Shown: piece after piece, positions 61,375 through 64,000 of the stretch | Layout: the number at the start of each line of letters is the position of its first letter | Position numbering within the stretch: position 1 is the stretch's first letter | NCBI GenBank assembly: GCA_013265495.1 | Contig: MU063089.1 | Coordinates: 270,995-334,994 of the forward strand | Reading direction: 5' to 3' | Source of the DNA: Vicugna vicugna | Lineage: Eukaryota | DNA length: 64,000 bases | The notes under the pieces: generated by a model | What the model was told of the DNA's origin: nothing | The model's input: the letters and a program-made list of their open reading frames with translations, nothing else | The model's database searches: none | Translations under genes and position numbers: made by a program

Positions 61375-62430
61375 AAAAGCAAAAATAACAAATGGGATGA
61401 CATCAAACTTAAAAGCTTTTTCACAGTGAAGGAAACTGTCAGCCAAACAAAAAGGCCACGTACTGAATGGGAAACGACATTTGCAAATGATACATCTGAT
61501 CAGGGGTTAATATCCAACATACACAAAGAAGTCATACTACTCCACATCAAAAAAAAANNNNNNNNNNNNNNNNNNNNNNNNNNNNNNNNNNNNNNNNNNN
61601 NNNNNNNNNNNNNNNNNNNNNNNNNNNNNNNNNNNNNNNNNNNNNNNNNNNNNNNNNNNNNNNNNNNNNNNNNNNNNNNNNNNNNNNNNNNNNNNNNNNN
61701 NNNNNNNNNNNNNNNNNNNNNNNNNNNNNNNNNNNNNNNNNNNNNNNNNNNNNNNNNNNNNNNNNNNNNNNNNNNNNNNNNNNNNNNNNNNNNNNNNNNN
61801 NNNNNNNNNNNNNNNNNNNNNNNNNNNNNNNNNNNNNNNNNNNNNNNNNNNNNNNNNNNNNNNNNNNNNNNNNNNNGTATTTATCCAAAGAAAACAAGAA
61901 CACTAATTNNNNNNNNNNNNNNNNNNNNNNNNNNNNNNNNNNNNNNNNNNNNNNNNNNNNNNNNNNNNNNNNNNNNNNNNNNNNNNNNNNNNNNNNNNNN
62001 NNNNNNNNNNNNNNNNNNNNNNNNNNNNNNNNNNNNNNNNNNNNNNNNNNNNNNNNNNNNNNNNNNNNNNNNNNNNNNNNNNNNNNNNNNAGAGAGCATT
62101 ATGCTAAGTGAAATAAGTCAGAGAAAGACAAATACTGTATGATTTTACTTATACGTGGAGTCTAAAAAACAAAACAAATGAACAAACATAATCAAATAGA
62201 ATCAGAGTCAGACACAGAAAAGAAACAGGTGGTGAGGGGAGAGGAAGGGAGAAGGGGGAGGGAAAGAAAAAGCTGAGGGAGATTAAGAGGTACAAACAGN
62301 NNNNNNNNNNNNNNNNNNNNNNNNNNNNNNNNNNNNNNNNNNNNNNNNNNNNNNNNNNNNNNNNNNNNNNNNNNNNNNNNNNNNNNNNNNNNNNNNNNNN
62401 NNNNNNNNNNNNNNNNNNNNNNNNNNNNTA
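61375..62430 (+). mobile_element. L1 (L1MA-like) ORF2 C-terminus and 3' UTR with three N gaps
   Basis: KWDDIKLKSFFTVKETVSQTKRPRTEWETTFANDTSDQGLISNIHKE matches L1 ORF2 KWDLIKLKSFCTAKET...EWEKIF...SDKGLISRIYKE. Confidence 0.92.
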
Positions 62431-62499
62431 GGTAATAGTCACAGGTTCCAGGAGTTAGAACCTCATATCTCAGGGGGACACCATTAGCATCACTCCAAC

Positions 62500-63270
62500 C
62501 AGTAACCAGGGCAATGCAAATTAAAGCCACAATCAGACACACGACCAGACTCGCAGAGCACACCAAGACAGACAATACCAAGTATTGCTGATGGAGCAGA
62601 ACAACGGGAACGCACATCTCCTGCTGGGGAGAGTGTAGATCCACCCGTACAACCACGCAGAGTGCACGTGGACTCTACGGAAAGTAAGGGTGCACATACC
62701 CTACGATCTGGCCATCCCACTGCTAGAGAAACTGGCCTTACAGGAGACACCCACGAGTGCCCAGCGTGGCGCTGTCATCGTCAAAAGCCTGGACACAACC
62801 CAAACGTCCATCCACAGGAGAACAGCCAGCTGAACTGGGATGTAGTCATGCCTCCGGATACCACTCAGCTTTGAAAGTCGGCGAACCAGAGCCTCAGACA
62901 CTGATGAGGACAAACCTCGCACGTGTTCACATTGAGGGAGGAGCGCAGGCTGCACAAGGACTTACACACCGTGTGAAATCATTTCTACCGAACTCAAAAA
63001 CATGCAGCTGCTGCTTCATGGCGTTTCTGGATGTGTGCACTCATGGCAAAAGTCTAGCAACAAGCCCTGGGCTCACAGACAGCCAGTGCTAGACAGCGGC
63101 TGCCCCTGCGAGGCAGGGGCCAGGATGCGGACGCGAGCAGCGAGAAGTCCAAAGGGGATTTCAAGATGCATTTGCAACAGCTTACTTCTTGGGTGAGTGA
63201 CGGCTATGCAGACGTTCATTATACTTTTCCCAATTCGTCTTTCTATCTGAAATGCTTTGCGACAATGCTG
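62500..63270 (+). mobile_element. Ancient L1ME-like 3' region, GC-shifted
   Basis: cagggcaatgcaaattaaagccacaat; gacaataccaagtattg; ccctacgatctggccatcccactgctag; acaacccaaacgtccatccacagga. Confidence 0.8.
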
Positions 63271-63361
63271 TTTTAAATGTAGGAGGTGACGTATGTGGCT
63301 GGCGGGAGTGGTGGCGAACCAGTAGGAAGGCCCGGCAGGTACGAGAGCTTGCTCTTAGTCC

Positions 63362-63829
63362 CAGGGGTTCTTAACCAAGGGTCTATGGATAGAATTTAGA
63401 GGACCTGTCAACAGGGATATGTAAATACATCTTTTTTTTTTTTAACTGACTTCTAACTGAAATGCAGCATTTCCTTCTAATACAAATGTTGGCAGCAAAC
63501 CACGTAGTATATTAGCAATTTCTTAGACTTTATCACCAAAAGCTGTCGGTACCTTATGGCCCATTACAGCGTGCAGATATCTCGAGACAGCATTTGTGCT
63601 CTTCGGCAATTCAAAATGATAGCTGTCATCAGACCCACCACCAGCTCCCGCGACTGAACAGAAGGATAAAGAAGCACAAAGGTTATTCCTCCGTCACCAG
63701 CTGCTGATTCACTCTACTGGTACCGTATTTCAACACGGGTGAAACACTTTCTGCTGCCCCGTGTATTTTATCCTAAGTAGTCAAAAACAAGGTCCCTCAC
63801 CAGGCTGCCCACCAGGTTAAGCACCCATG
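63362..63829. mobile_element. hAT-Charlie non-autonomous DNA transposon with both terminal inverted repeats (subfamily uncertain)
   Basis: CAGGGGTTCTTAACC at 63362 and GGTTAAGCACCCATG at 63815-63829 (13/15 inverted match); 8-bp TSD not preserved. Confidence 0.75.
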
Positions 63830-64000
63830 GAGGAGGAGAGGGGCTCGGGGTCCGCAAGGAGTTGGGGGAGTGGCTAGGAAGGTCGGGGTGGGGGTGGTCC
63901 CCACGGTTCCAGGACAGAAAGGTCAGAAATAAAAATCGATTCCAACTTAAGGAGGAAAAGAAAGAGGCACATGCTTATCTCGGCAGACAGAGAACACAGA

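Noticed and set aside
61321-62142. 273-aa ORF and other X-containing ORFs
   Set aside because: Length inflated by N gaps; the real residues are decayed L1 ORF2
11495-62428. Eight N runs of irregular length
   Set aside because: All lie inside L1 copies and reflect unresolved or masked repeats in the assembly, not biology

Overview
Mammalian genomic DNA, most likely a camelid (alpaca/camel/llama). The assignment rests on one Vic-1-type tRNA-derived SINE at ~39.0 kb and several Cetartiodactyla-type L1 3' UTRs. I found no protein-coding gene or exon I can recognise, and no rRNA, tRNA gene or CRISPR array. The window reads as GC-rich intergenic or deep-intronic sequence densely filled with retroelement and DNA-transposon relics: young and old L1, L2, MIR, ERVL-type LTRs and hAT-Charlie MITEs. 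All eight N gaps fall inside L1 copies. Repeat names come from recalled consensus motifs, not from a database search, so subfamily labels are approximate. The most interesting signals concern genome dynamics. (1) Some repeat copies show a strong, patchy AT-to-GC substitution bias, consistent with GC-biased gene conversion. (2) Three L1 copies share almost the same 5' boundary. (3) There are three twin-priming L1 inversions. (4) There is a 486-bp tandem duplication with 3 substitutions. (5) There is an unexplained 8/24-bp hierarchical repeat. (6) There are a candidate short L1 3' transduction and several promoter- or enhancer-like motif clusters. I did not find evidence for a new multi-gene system.
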